NCBI GenBank assembly: GCA_020536535.1
Contig: JAHLWZ010000690.1
Coordinates: forward strand, 17,496-81,495
DNA: 64,000 bases
Direction of reading: 5' to 3'
Source of the DNA: Pelomyxa schiedti
Taxonomy: Eukaryota; Protista; Evosea
The translations under genes and the position numbers were made by a program. The notes beneath the pieces were generated by a model, which was not told the origin of the DNA, searched no databases, and saw only the letters and a program-made list of their open reading frames with translations. Of this stretch, positions 30,069 through 44,500 are shown piece by piece (position 1 is the first letter of the stretch; every line of letters starts with the position of its first letter).

Positions 30069-32664
30069 ATGGAGGCCCTGATGGTGCCACCAGAACCAGG
30101 CAGAGGAAGAGCAGGAGGGATTGATGAGGGAATTCACAGAAAGGTGATGGAAAATCCAGAGATCGGAAAGTCACCCGACGTTTTGCCACGAAAAGAAAGA
30201 AGTCAAGTTGACATCAACCACTTTGACACCGTTCCCCTGCGTCCAGCCTATAAAGATCCAGATCCCTCAAAACACAGAACAACCATAAAAAACCCCGAGG
30301 GGTTGTTGTGTTGCCGTTAAGCAAATATAACTAGTACTACACAGAAGGAAGTGAAAGAAACTGTACGAAGCAACCACCAAGCGTACATAATAGTCAATAA
30401 CTTGGATCGTTTTAATCAATATCAATCAAACATCCTCATTATTCTTTTTGCCCAACAGTAAGTGATGGCTCTTTCGTGCTACAAAAATACTGTCCAGTTC
30501 TTCAGTACCGTGGTCCCACCGCTTCACCCCTTGTCCGTTTCTTCCTTTTCGTTTGCCTTTTTTTTTTTTCTTTTACTGTGACCATTCCTAACTTTTTCTT
30601 TAGGTGGGTTGGGTTGGGTGAAGGGCGAATGACTGGTTGTCCTTCTCCACACAGCCCGCTTTTGAACAACTTCCTGGAGCGATTTTTCACAAAGTACTCT
30701 TCTTCTTTCTTTACTCTGTCATGACTTGGCGACAGTCTTGCTACAAGTAATTGCCTGTCTCCTGATATGTTGGTGTTTGCCTGTTTACTGGCAGAACGCG
30801 CGGTTCTGGCCCCTCTGCCACAACTTCCTCCAGAGTCTCCCGTGTTCCAAAGTCCTACTACGACCAACGTTGCAGCCATTCAACGTGACTTGGCTGTAGC
30901 ATCCGTGGTCGTTTCTGCCAAGTGTGTTAGGCAAATCCATTTAGGTTAGCTCATTTATGTGCAGAATTTTAGATGACTGCTTTGGCCCGGAGGAATTCAT
31001 TAGGATTGCCCAAGCCGCCCGGCTTTCAAGAGCCGATGTTTTATCCATGGAGACTACCTTCCTATCGAGGTGGCTTTCATTTGATTTATGGGTGGACCCA
31101 ATGGAGTTTTCATTGTTTTCCGGTATGCTCAGTGAGTGGCGGTCTGTTCTGACTTCCCAAAGACAGATTGGAGCAATCGGGCTGGAGTTTCAGGCTTCCC
31201 ATCCCACCATCGCCTTCTCCATCTGGTCTTATCAGAAGCCCATCCAGTTATCCACGCTCGTTTGTCGAAGAATTGAATTCCCCTTCAGCACTCCCTCCGT
31301 TGCATTTATCACAAAAGAGTGATGCTTCTAAAGCCTTTTCTGGGATTGGTCATACTCCTTCATACAGAGACCATACTAGCACACGAGTTTGCACAGTATC
31401 CACAAATCCACAGCACTCTCTTGGAGTTTTCTGCAAAGTTTACTCCAATCCCCCCTCTCCTTCAGGCTTATATCCCCTTCCCGCCACCTCTCCTCATCTC
31501 AAACATTCACCACGCTGCTCGCACTCGTCACCTCAGCTCATAGCACACGTTTCCCCACACACTTCACCGCGAAACAACACTTCCCAAATACTTGGTCCTG
31601 AACACTTTTCAGCTTCCGCCTTCAGACCAATTCCACAATCACTCAACTCCAGCGGTTACCTTTCACCCTCTTTCCATGATATTCGCATGAAGTCACCTTC
31701 CGCATCCCCCACACTCAGTCGCTCCTCAAGTTCTTCCTCTTGCTCACCCTCTCTATCACCACGTCGCATATCACCCCCGCAATCTCCATCACCACCTATT
31801 CCCTCGCCACGCTCAGTGTTATCATCATCATTACCCTCCAGACACCAAAAGATGCTACCCCCACCTAGGACCTCACCCGGAATGCAATCCATCACTACAA
31901 TTCTCAACCTATGGCCCGACCTACCCCCGCCTGAATCCCGGCAACAAGTTCAACACACTACATGCTCGGGACCAAAGCCCACCGAGCACAGCATGGTGCT
32001 CCCTTCAATACAAAAAGCCCATAGCAACAATGTTCCGAAACTCCACCTGGAGTCAACACACAAGTTCTCAAGCAACTACCTCATTACCGATGCCGCGGAC
32101 TTCCCACCTCCCTGGGATCCCAGTGTCCTACAAACCCACAACCAATCCCCTCCCCCTTCTCCCTCCAAGGTCTCCTTCCATCACACGCAAATACACACAC
32201 ACATAAACAGCAGCAGTACCAGTACCAGCATCAACACAAACACCAGCAGCACCAACAACCGGAACAACCGGACCACCACCATCACCTCACTACTACCGCT
32301 CATTCCGATCACCACCTCGCCCACCCGCATCACAACCACAGCTATCGCCGACAACATCCTACAACCCGACTCCACAGACCGCGTATCAACGCCATCGCCA
32401 TCGCCATCGCCATCACCGACCACCACAAGCACCAGCACCACCACCACCAGCAGCAGCAAACTCCTCTCGGTGCACAAGAATAATTCCACCACGCAGCTGC
32501 TGCTCCCGGAGCCGCACCCGGAGCCCAGGAAGCGCAGCCGAAGCCGCAGCTCGCAGCAGCCCAGCGCCCCAGCCCACGACCCCCTGAGGGTGCTGCACTC
32601 CTCCCGCTCCGTCGAGTCCGGCCTCGCTCTGCTCGTGGGCGGCCGCATGGGCGACTCCATCTGA
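30069..32664 (+). CDS. Pho80/PCL-type cyclin with long Ser/Pro-rich tail (5' structure uncertain)
   Basis: LLNNFLERFF...SPDMLVFACLLAER, VVVSAK|ILDD...DVLSMETTFLSRWLSFDLWVDPMEF, a cyclin-box pattern. Confidence 0.7.
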
Positions 32665-33023
32665 CGATCCCGAGATTGAGGTGTCTGGTGCTGTAGTAGT
32701 AGCCTCGTTTCCCCGGGCAGCCCCGTGTGTGCCCGGGAGTTGTATCTGCCTAAAAACAACCAAGTGCTGTTGCAACAAAGTGGAAGATGTTGATTTCGGC
32801 TCCACTCGGTGACATGCATCGAGAATCACAAAAATTTCCAGTTCAGACAAAGCGCCACCAACCGACAGGTCTTTCGGCCGTGAGAATTGTGATGTTGTTC
32901 CCGTTTCGTCGATGAAGATGAAATTGGGGCACCCCACAACACCCAACCGGTGCCTTTTTAATCGTCACTCACTGCACCTTTTTTCTAGATAATTTAAAAA
33001 AACAAAGCAAAAAACAACAAGGA

Positions 33024-33920
33024 ATGCGAACAGTTTTGTTCCTTTGCGTCGTCGTTGCCCTCGTTGCGGCACAAACAACGCCATCGGTATGTTTATATAT
33101 CTGTAGATTATACGTTCCTATTGTCGAATATTTTCAATAGTTAGTGAGAAACTTACAACTCACTTAGTGGCCACCAGTGTTCTCTGCTAGTGTTATGCAC
33201 AGCCATGAACAGAATGGCAACGTGCAGAACAACTTCTACAGGTGGTTCTATGATGAGACCCAGCAAATTGAGCGAATGGACAGTGAGTACTTCCTCTGAT
33301 GACACGTGTGCTTGTAAGGCTCTTACCTCGTTTTTTTTTAGGCCAAGTAATGACCACCGAGCCAACAACGCTCACCCAGTACATTTACGTAAGTCTACAT
33401 ATCGCCTTTTCAGCAAATTCGTTAATGCGGATTACATGCAGTTCAATGTTGACCCAGCAGTCGAGTACCAACTTATTGCCACCATTGATGCTGTTGGTTG
33501 CACATATGGAGACATTAACGGAACTCACCTCCCTGAGCCAGTCTTCACCAACTACAAGTACATGGGCAAGACCTACGTGAACTATGTCCTCTGCTACCAC
33601 TGGTATGAAACACCTATCTTTGCACATTATTGTCTGTGGTTTTAACATCGGGAACATACAGGAACTACCAGGATCAGTACATGACAGCCGACCTCTGGGA
33701 TACCGCTGATGATGCCCAGGAGCCAGTCAAGTGGATTGTCACCAACGTATGTCCATTGAATCCCTTTTCTTCCCAGTTCTAAAACGGGGAACTGTTGCAG
33801 CACATGCCAGCAATGTCGGACACAATGATGTTCTCAGAGTTCGATGAGTGCGCTGCCGAGGACCCTGAGATCTTCATCATCCCAGATACAGTCCTTGCCA
33901 TGTGCAACCCAAGGCCTTAA
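33024..33920 (+). CDS. Secreted ependymin-related (EPDR-like) protein
   Basis: Signal peptide MRTVLFLCVVVALVAA, WPPVFSA, WFYDETQQIERMD, YMGKTYVNYVLCYHW, C-terminal DPEIFIIPDTVLAMC. Confidence 0.65.
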
Positions 33921-34040
33921 AGTTAAAAGTAAAAGAAGAAACGCTTTGATTTAGAAAGGTTCCCGATCTTGCCTTTAGCGTTTCTTCGAGTTACGGTGAA
34001 AAGGCTGAGCAGTCCTTACCTTCACCAGTAATTTTTTTTG

Positions 34041-34374
34041 GGCCACGAGTGACCCTCAACATCCCTCGGTGCATCCACAGTCCTTGCAGTGGCGGGTGGG
34101 ACGTAGTATGGTCAATACTGCCCTGCGTCACCGCCACACAACAACAAACCACTTTTGGTCCACCCCAAGCCACCTTAAGCTCCAAGAACCACCTCGTTAT
34201 ACGACAGTGCACATGTTGGAAGTCTCGGTGATTTGGCGTGACTTGAGGGTTCCTCAAGTCACCCTCATTTCCGGTCCATCATCGACTGTATGGAGAAGAT
34301 TGGTGGTGGTTACTGGTTCTTGGAACATCGTGCCGCGACAGGGAGATCAGAACCGTTGAGGAGTGACTCAGGTC
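34041..34374 (+). ncRNA. Candidate structured non-coding RNA (~335 nt), identity unknown
   Basis: Nested helices: 5'/3' ends pair, 34089-34137 stem-loop, 34179-34191 with 34314-34326, perfect 11-bp hairpin 34238-34262; no credible ORF. Confidence 0.45.
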
Positions 34375-34544
34375 ATCATAAGAAGTAAGATCTTATGCGA
34401 GGATGATTATAAATTTTGTTTTCATCTAGTGCAATTGTAGCGGCGCCTGACGCGTTCCCAGTTTTCTTTCGTCGTTCATTTTTAAAACAAAACCGTAGAT
34501 CTACGTGCCGTCGTCGACCGTCGCCTTTTTATTCCCTCTTTTAA

Positions 34545-35841
34545 ATGGCCAAGGTAAACACCCCACTGTTTAGGTCGACAAATCGCGTGACTTCGCTCGT
34601 TTTTTTTTCTTTGCCGCAGGTGTTCGTCGGGAACCTTTCTTTCAAGACACGCGAGGCAAATCTCATTGCCGCGTTCACCCCAATTTCCAAAGTGTAAGTA
34701 AAGTTTAAACAAATAGCGTTCGTTTAACGCCTCTCAGTGTGTCTGCCAATGTTATCACTGACGGACCACGCTCTTTGGGATATGGTTTCGTTGAGTTCGA
34801 GAATGAGGAACTCGCCAGACGTGTCGTTGATGCCATGAACCATCGCGAGGTTGATGGACGCCAAATTAACGTTGAGTTGGCTCGCGCTCGCGATCCTAAT
34901 GCGTAAGTGCGAAAAGTGTAACACATACATACACACAAACAAACAAACTTACAACACTCCCCACAGCCCCCGCCGAACTAGGCCTCGCCGCTTCAACCCA
35001 GGCTTCATGGGCTTCCCTATGATGGGATACCCAGCACGCAATGACTACATGGGCCTTGCTCCCCAATCCCAACCACAGCAAATGCCAATGCAACCAATGC
35101 AGCCCATGCAACCCATGCAACAAATGCAACCCATGCAGCAAGTTCAACCCATGCCACAAATGCAGCAGATGCAGCCCATGCAACAAATGCAGGGAATGCA
35201 ACCCATGCCCTTCATGATGCCACCCGGCATGATGATGATGGCCCCTCGCTTCCGCCGTGCCCCCAGGAGACAACCCCTGACCCAGAATAAGTTTGAACCC
35301 TGAACTCACTTATACCAAACCTAAACAATTAAAACTCAGGACCCCCTCCAAGACAACACTCTTTGTTGCTAATCTGCCATTTGCCGTCACTGACGATACT
35401 CTCAAGGAAATCTTCCAAGAGTTCAACGTCAAGGTTCGTCCCACATTTCTATGGCTTTTCAACTTCTCACCACACCACAGGAAGCGCGCGTCATGACCCG
35501 CGTTAATGGAATGAGCAAGGGCTTTGGCTTTGTTGAACTCGCCAGCGAGGCGGATCAAACCAGGGCCTTGGAAACCCTGGACAAGGTTGTGGTAGACAAC
35601 CGAACCATTTTCATCAAGCAAGCTTTTGCTGAGCCATGTATATTCCCTCTTTCACCACGTAAATCGCAACGCACATGCACGCGCGAACACAAAATCACAA
35701 CCCGCGAAAAGCAAGCAACTGTTTCTTGTAACACTAACCATTACCTTATCATCAGTCCACAAGCCACAAGTACAGACCTTCACCACCGCACCCACCGGCA
35801 CAGTCCCCCCCGTTGGTGAGCCCAAGACAAACTCCCACTAG
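34545..35841 (+). CDS. Two-RRM RNA-binding protein with M/Q/P-rich repeat linker
   Basis: VFVGNLSF...SLGYGFVEF and LFVANLPF...SKGFGFVEL (RNP2/RNP1); (MQP/MQQ)n linker. Confidence 0.9.
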
Positions 35842-35923
35842 AGTCCCATTGAACAACAACAATAAAAAAAAAAAAAGAAAATATCATACTATCTGTGGCT
35901 TTTTTTCTTTCTTATTGGTTGGC

Positions 35924-37908
35924 TCAGGAGGAATAGGTGGAGAACACCACCTCGAATTTTTCTTGCTTGGCCGAGGTGGGGATTGGCTCCGGGTGCGTAA
36001 GAGCGTGGTGCTCTAGCTCTTCAAACGTGGTGGTGTGGTTTTCAACTCGTGCACCGATTCCGCTGTGGGTTGGTTAGTGTTTGGCATTCGCGGTTATGAA
36101 GAGGCGGACCTGTCAAAGGTGCTGTAACGTTGGCTCACCATTTGAGATAGAATTCCATCGGTGATGATGGCTGCCGCACATCGGAGTCCGTGTGCGAAAG
36201 TGTCCATCGCACCTGAAGGCAGGTTAGTAATGAGTGGACCGGAAAGTGTGGAAAGTACTTATGTGGGAAATGAAAAGGTCTTCCACGTCAACTGATTCTC
36301 GGCGCACTTTGCAATCGAAATTCAATCCCCCAGGGGCAATCCCTCCTTGCCTGCAAGGGTTGTCAAAAGATATTACTTATTAGATCCAGAGTACTTGATG
36401 ACAGCATGCATGAGTAGAGTAGCTTTCTTAACATCCATGTTGAATTGATCAGTATCCCAACCAACCTAAAACAATTTAAGCGCTCGACTGACAGACAAAT
36501 ATTCGCACCATGTTATCACCTGTGTTTGCGTCAATGCTGCCCAGCATTCCACACATGGACGAGACAATGATGTCATGCTCATAATCGTGGCCCGCCAGAG
36601 TTGTGTGATTTGGTTCAATGTTAAGTTTGAACTCTGACTCTAGCCCATGCTGCCGGAGGAATCCGATTGTAGTCTGAGCGTCTTGATGGGTTAGGTTTTA
36701 TGCCTCTGACAGGAGTAGAAGTTTACCATAGTCGTATTGGTGCTTTGTAGGTTCCCTTGGTTTAGGCTCTATGAGAAACACCCCTTCAAACCCAATCTTC
36801 TTCTTATAAGCTACAGCCATCCTGTGAATTTCTTTAGTGGAACATCACATTGCCTCTGAGGCACTTTAGGAACGAAGCAAAGTGGTCCAATTCTCTGGGA
36901 ATGTTTGTGTTAAGAACTGATTGGTAGCCCTCACGTCCACCCCAGAACACATAGTTTTGGCCTCCAAGTTCTTTGGTGACCTACAGACAAGTAAACATGG
37001 AATTTGAGCTCAAATTTCAAATCTGCACCTCTATAGCTTTCTTTACTTGGGCGGCAGCATAAGCAAAAACGTTTGCATCAGGGTTTGTAGCTGCACCATT
37101 CTAGAAGAAATTAAATACTGCAGGTAACTGTTAAAATCCTGTACCATGTAGCGCTGAAAAACATTACATTAGTGGCAAAAGGAGGAAAAAAAAACTCATA
37201 CAGGGTGCCCAAATAAGTTTGCTGTTCCCCAAAGCAATTTTATTCCAGTGAGAGCCTGCAAAGCTTTTGCTTCTTGGACTACTTGATCTAGGAGAGTATT
37301 TGTTTCTGCCAGTGTTTCCCCAGTAGGGGCGATGTCTCGATCATGGAAAGTCCAGTACTCAACACCTATCCTGTATAACTTTAATTTCTGTCTTGTTCCG
37401 GATGAAGAGCAAACCTCTGCATGAAATCGAAGGCAACGCGAATTCGCCTGATGGCATTGTCCAACGAATTAGAGCCATCGTCCCACGGCCTGTTTATTGT
37501 TCCTTGTCCAAACTGAACCAATTTAAGAAGATAACAAAAAGGGGAAAAACCGTACCATGTCGAGACCATTTCCCCTGAAAGTGTGCCAGTAACAAACGGC
37601 AAATCTAAGCCACTCTTTCATCGGTTTACCAAGGATTACCTCGTCAGCGTTGTAGTACCTGGGATCTCGTTTTAAACAAGCGTAGGGGTAAAAAAACGCC
37701 ACAACCTAAAGGCGAGGCTAGGAGTACGAGCACCAGTTGACGGTGAGGCACTAACACCAACGTAAGGGATCTTCCTCGGGATTCCTTAACGACACGAAAA
37801 AAAGAACACAATGAGGACAGCTCGTTGATTTTTATATTATTAACGAGATAAACCTGCATCATCAAAAAAGTGTTGCACGCCGGTGAGTGCTGTCGTTGTT
37901 GTGGCCAT
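35924..37908 (-). CDS. xylA: Xylose isomerase (class II), intron-rich
   Basis: [72 protein letters not shown]. Confidence 0.95.
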
Positions 37909-38038
37909 TTGTTTTTTTTTTGTTTCAACCGGTGAAAAGACACTTTTGATGGCGATCAGAGAATAATGATGGTTTTTTTCTGCCATTTGGTTTTAAAAAG
38001 GGCTCGGATAGGTGGCAGAGAAAGGGTTGTGAAGGATG

Positions 38039-41000
38039 TTATTTCTTCATCATTGCCTGCAAAGTGTGATTTACGAGGGTGCAGAGATTGGTTCTAACCT
38101 TAATTTCAGCTGCATAACGGGAGTATATTTCGGCACGTTTCAGTTTCAATGAGGCAGTTAGCATCCCATTCTCAGCAGTCCATTGGTCACCTACAATGCA
38201 AAGATAACTCACCCTCTCTATTCTAGTCAGCTTGTTGACTTCCGGTTAGAGAAAGAGCTCATGTAAAGCACGGAATTAATTACCTTAGCACTTACTGCTG
38301 ATTCCTCAAGGGAATTAAGAATGGCCTCTTTGGTGTTGGGTTCTCGGCAGGCCTCTAGGAATGATTGCATGTCCGGCTAATGTACGGAATGTGTGAATTG
38401 ATAGTTTAAAGGAGGGGAATATGTACCCCGAATTTTTTCCCGAGAAGAGCCTCAATGTTGGATTTGTTGGCCACAATTATAGCAAAGGGATGAAGCTTGA
38501 GGGGATGAGCATAAATGCATATTTGGTCCACAAAAGGACTGGTACCAAGAGCTCCTTCTATTTTTTCAAGTCTGGCCACTGTTAGAGGTTCTCTAATTGG
38601 TTTTCTTTTACGCACGCTATGTATTCGCCATGCGCCATTTTCACTATATTCCGGATTCTGTCAATTATTTCAAGAGTTCCATTTTTGTGCCACTGTAATA
38701 GATGATTATACATTGTACGTGAAACAGGTAACTTACTCTTCCCACATCTCCAGTATGTAACCAGCCATCCTCGTCAAACGTTTCTGCCCTGAACGAAATC
38801 AATTATTTTGACTGTTAGAAGTTATGCGGTAAATACGTCATTTTGGGTAGTTTATAATATCCCGTACTAATATTTGGTCCTCGTACACATATTTCTCCAC
38901 AAGGAAGCGGCTTGGATTTGTGAGTGTAGTTGAGTTCTGGAACATCCACGAGTTTAACCTCTTTTAGTAGTTATTTCGCTGTTATACTTGGATAAATTAT
39001 CTACCACTAGGGCAAACCGGGGGTCCCACTTTACCAAATGAGTAGTCATCTGGGTAGGTACATGAAATTGTTCCACTTGATTCCGATGACCCTGTCAAAC
39101 GATGTCACCTTCATTCGGAGAAAATTTTGTGGTACTGCACACCATAGCCAAATATAACAGGACAGGAAAGAAAGCAAATGAGTAGTTTGTGAGTATATCG
39201 ACTCAATGCAGCTCCTCCAATAACCACTAACTGTAATTTTCCACCGAAAGCAAGTTGTAACTTATGGAACACAAGTTTATCAAGCATCGAAATAGCAGCC
39301 CGACCTATAAGGGTGCCTCTCAATCGTCCTAGTATTGAATTTGTGAGTATATTGACTATTGACCAAGATTCGTTCATTGGTGTCTTACCAACAAAGACAA
39401 GTTTCAGCTTTAAGGCGATATGGAAAAGGATCCGTATGGGAAGAGAGGACTGGTTTGCTTTAGAGAGAATTCCTTTTACTATTTTGTCACAGACGGAAGG
39501 AACACTTGCAAAAAACGTTGGTTGAAGCTCTGAGAAATCGCCCCGGCAGTTGTATACAGATGCATCCGTGAGGGTCCTTGGATTCTAGACAAGAATTAAT
39601 AATAGACCAAATTGCGTAGGATTATTACAGCATATCCTATCTTGGTATGCTGTGAGATTGCTAAGAATTCAGCTGCCAATTCGTAGATGTGTGCGAGTGG
39701 AAGGTAGGCTATGAGTGTGTCTCCTATGCCAACCACATGAACGCAGGAAACAATTGCACCAATCACGTTCTTATGTGTAAGCATTACACCCTTGGGGGAA
39801 CCTGTTGTGCCGCTTGTATAACTGACAAAGTAAATAACCGTGATGATTTAAAGGAGGCTAGGCATACATAATGACTGCTATATCGTCTGGACCAGGAGGG
39901 TTGTGCTTCCTGGGTTTCGATTCCCCAAGTTTGAGAAACTCGTCAAAGGAATAAACATTCAAGCTTGATTCAGTGAGCCTGGAAAGAATATGTGCAGTAG
40001 GGGTCTTTCCTCTGTATATAATTATCCGCAGATGGAACGTGTAAGTTCTAGAATTTAGTAGTTCTACGAACTAGATGCTCTATGAGGAAAAGAAAGGGTA
40101 TGAGAGTCATACACTCTCCAAAAGTTCGGTTCCAATAAACAGGACCTCCATGGCTGTTTCGGCTATGATATGGGCAGCACCGGGAACACCCAGATTGGTG
40201 TAAATGGTAGCAGCAGTAGCCTTAACAGCGACCACAGCATTGAACATGAGCATCCATTCTACACAAGTATCACACCAGAACCCAACAATTTGTGAGGCCT
40301 CAGGGAACTCAAAAGTAGCCGTGCAAGATGAAAAAGGGAGGGCACTAGTTACTCCAACATTTTGAAGAGCTGCACTAAGAGTGTCCACAATAGCTCCAGC
40401 TTGTCTGCTCGAAATCCACTCATAAGGTGAGAGTTCATAAAGCGTTAATTTGTCCTGTTGGAAAAAGAAATTTTGAACAAAAAACAAGCGTGACTTCAGA
40501 AACCTCTCTAATTTTGGTCCCAAGTACTTTGCGGGAGCCGAAAAGTGGCTTGTCAGGTACCTCCGAAACTGAGGTCCAAAATATCTCATACAGAGTTTTG
40601 AATTTGCCTGGACCCAAGATAGGAGGGCACAAGGGTGCCAAGAGTCCACAGTCAGCTAGTAGTGTTTTGCGGCAACGTGGAGCACATGTTGATGTTCGTG
40701 GCAATAACCACACTGAAGAACTATCCCCTCCTGCTACAAAACCAGTCAACAAGTAAAAAGCAAGTAAACAGTAATAGAATGCAGGAATACTTACTTACTA
40801 ACATACCCACACTTGTACTTCATATTAGTGATTACCCATAATTTGGATGGGGGAGGATAACAATGCAGTGATTACACACCACCCACAACGGCAGTTGGCT
40901 GGCTCAACAGAGATCGCCGGCGTCCCCACCGCCGTCCCCACTTCCCCCTCGTCCTCGGGCCCGTGCCTGTCGTCGCCGACGGGGTTCCAAGTCCCGTCGT

Positions 41001-41207
41001 CGTGAAAATGCACGAGGAGGCTGAGGAGCCCACGCCGGCCAGCGCGGCCACGATCAGATTCACGACAACCACCACGACGAGAACAACCCTCCAGAATCCT
41101 CCACGGCCACAATTCGGTCGGGGAGCTGGGCCTGCGCCCTCCACCTCCTCCTCGGAATCACACATGCAACCCCTGGCGCCGTTATGGGACGACACTGTGC
41201 TGCCCAT
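38039..41207 (-). CDS. Long-chain fatty acyl-CoA synthetase
   Basis: YTSGTTGSPKGVMLTHKN, AYLPLAHIYE, GWLHTGD, IIDRIRNIVKMAHGEYI, WTAENGMLTASLKLKR. Confidence 0.92.
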
Positions 41208-41530
41208 TGCAATGCTTTGTGAGTGACTCACTGCAAAAAAAAATAATTATGCCCCTTGGCTAAACCACGTCGACGCTCAAACATGGTGAAGTAGTCACCA
41301 AAAGTACGGTTCGTTGAATTGATGTTTGCGAAGTTTCCTTTACAGAGAAGGTTATGCCTCAGGCCAGATCTCCCTGAGTGGGTTCGGGGGGGGTAGAGCT
41401 GGGCCGGGGTGCTCTCGTTCACACGTAGTCACCACGTTAGAATTCGGAGACAGGGGACAGCGTACTCGGGTCGTTCTGTTCGTTACAAGCGAATCGGATC
41501 AAAAAAGTGCCCCATCAACAAACAACGAAC

Positions 41531-44500
41531 ATGTCCACGTCTTCGCTGGCGGATCTGCTCGGGGTCAGTGCGGCGTCGCTGCCCCCCATCGTCATCGGGG
41601 GGGCTTCTGCGCCTCCTCCTCCTCCCACCACCTCGGCTTCGTCGGCGTCGGCCACCGCGCGCACCTCGGCCGGCGCGGCGTCGTTCCCCTCGGCCTCGTC
41701 CTCGATGGTGTACGGGGGGGCCTCGTCGTCGCTGGCGTCGCTGCCCGGGTACAACGCGGCGGACGACCTGTCAGACCTGCTGCGCGGGGACGGCCTCGCT
41801 GGGTCCGCCATCCGCGACGCGCAGCTGGCCAGGAAGCCCGGCCTCGCGGAGCGCCTGGGGATGAGGAGGACGGCCAAGGGCGGCGGCGAAGACGGCGACG
41901 ACGAGGACGACGACGACCCCGACGTGCTGAGGCTGCCGCCGAAATCTATGTTCCCGGACATGTTGGTTGCTATGCCCTGGGAGAAGGTGGTCATCTTCCC
42001 CCCCTCCTAACTACTGTTCTAATTGCAATTGCCAATTCCATTTTGAAAATTGCAACCGCCAGCTACAATTTTCAACTGCATCGGGCACACAACTCTTTTT
42101 TTTGTGAATTGTCTATTTGTCCTATTTGTTAGTGTATTGTAACGACGCCAATAGGAAACTGAGCAACAGACGGAAATCGTCGATGAGAAAGTGGAAGACA
42201 TCCAATCTGATGATGAAGAAGTAACAGAAGTTCACGAACATGGTTGACTTTATTTTACTTTTTTTTCCCTCTCAACAAATTCAAGTTGAACTGGAATCGG
42301 ACATTGAGGAAGAGAACAGCGAAGGAGAAGAAGAACCACTCCTCAAGTATAAGAGACTGGTAATTTTCTCTTTTAAAAACTTACAAAAACTTATCAAACC
42401 AACAATAGGAGGGAGCTGGTTCAGTCCCTGCATTTCTACAACAGCATCCCAATCCATCATGTCTCTTGTGTCACAAGGACATTCTGGTGCAACCTTCATT
42501 CAAAAACAAATTTTCTCATTGTACATCAGATCATTGGATTTACAGATGGAACTATTGCCCACATTCACCAGCAAAGTGGCGGAATTTTTAAAAATTACAA
42601 GTAATCTCCTTTGTGAGACTTTTCCAAACTGATGGTTCCCCCAGTCTTCACCCAGAAAGAACAAACTGCGCCAGTGTGGATAGCAGTGGAACCTTTGCTG
42701 CGTTCTGTTATGAAGATGGTTAGCCGCACCGTCATCTTTTTTTTTTTCTCATTCGGGAATTCTATCACTTTAGGTAAAATAATCACAACCTCTCTGGATT
42801 CTCCAGGATCTGTAAATACAACCTCTATCGATATTCATAAGCCCGTGCAATTTGTAGCAATAAGTCCGCATTATAACACTGCCAAACGTCAGGTATCACT
42901 ATTTTATCCAAGTCCCTTCTGATTTCCAAAGATTTGCTTTGCAGTTGGAAATTCTGTAATTTTGCGTGAAATGAAGTCTGTCCTCGGAATTCCTCGTTCT
43001 TCTGACAAAATTCTCTGTGCTTCCCCAAGTCCTATTCTTGGCCTCAAGTGGAGAGGGTGTGTTGTTAAATGTGAGTTGTGCACCATCAGAGAGTGAGAGT
43101 CTCATCTACTCACTCCTAGGAACTTCGTTGCTTTTTCCACTCAAGACAAATTTACTGTTTGTGATATCTGGGGTAACTCGATATATTCCCACTCATTTCC
43201 AGCCCCTTGCTCGTATTGCTGTTTTTCCTGGGAAAGTGATACTAGACTAGTCATATCCTATGACAAAACTGTAGTTAGCTTGAAATTGGTATGAAATCTC
43301 TTAGTGTTAATATCCTTATTGCCTTTAGGATATTAAAGGAAAGCACGAAGTTACAATGTCTCCTTCTATTATGCATCATGGGCTCTAATTTTTACTGTAG
43401 ATTCACCGCCGCTGTCTTAGCACATGGCATTGCACCATTTGGAAACTTATTTGTTACCATGCATACCGTGGATGAAGAAAACACCCACCCTCTGGTGTCC
43501 GTTATAAACAGTCGAGGGGATGAAATAAATGCTGACGCCCTCCCAATCACAACAGGGGACATCAAGGTAATGTCGTTCAGTTTAAATTTGCAAGTAATAT
43601 TTGTAGCCTGATCAAGTACTATTTGACTTCACACTCTCCCCTGAACCTTTGTATTATGTTGTGACCCCTAGAGAAATTTTCATTGCCTCCCGGCGAGATC
43701 CTGATGATCATATTGGTTACCTGCTGAAAGTGAATAGGTGAACTCTCAATTCTTCGTACCTTTGATGACAGAGTAAAAGATTTTTTGATGCACTACGAGA
43801 TATTGAACAAAATGAAGCTCAGATCAAAAGGTGGAAATTGAACGAAGTTGGAGAAATGTATCTTGCCAAACTTGTTGGTTTGTGCTGCATGATCTTTTCA
43901 ATAATACTAAAGAGTTGGCAGTACAACGAAAATTGAAACGAGCTGCATCTATGTGCCCACTAGTTCTACGAAAAGATAAAGAGTCTTGGCAAAAATGGGT
44001 GTTTCGCTTTGCAGAGCTTGGCTCATTGCATGTCTGCATCCTTTATGAAAAAAAAAAAAGTTAATAGTTGTCTTCGTAGGTAATTGCCCGGTATCTTCCC
44101 ACGGAAGACCCTGTTTTAGAACATATGTACTACGAATTAGTGTTAAATTCTCTCATAAAGAGTAAATTCCTTATAAAAATCCTTCAATCAACATTCACCA
44201 GATGAATCTATGTTCTTGAACATGATTAAGAAATGGCCGCCTTCACTTTACAATGCCCCGAGTATCATTCAGGTTCTGAACAGGTTTCTATTTCTTTGGT
44301 TAAGCCTATTTTAATGCTTTGGAAGGGAACTAAAAACAAACCGTTCAAAACAATTACTCCAAGCCCTAGCAGAAATGTTCATATTCCCTTTTTTCCCTTT
44401 TCCCATATAACATACTTCAGATATTCTAAAATGAAACAGCATGACAAAGCGCTTCATGTCTTCCTACAGGCTGGAAAAGGACCAATTTTCCATCACATTC

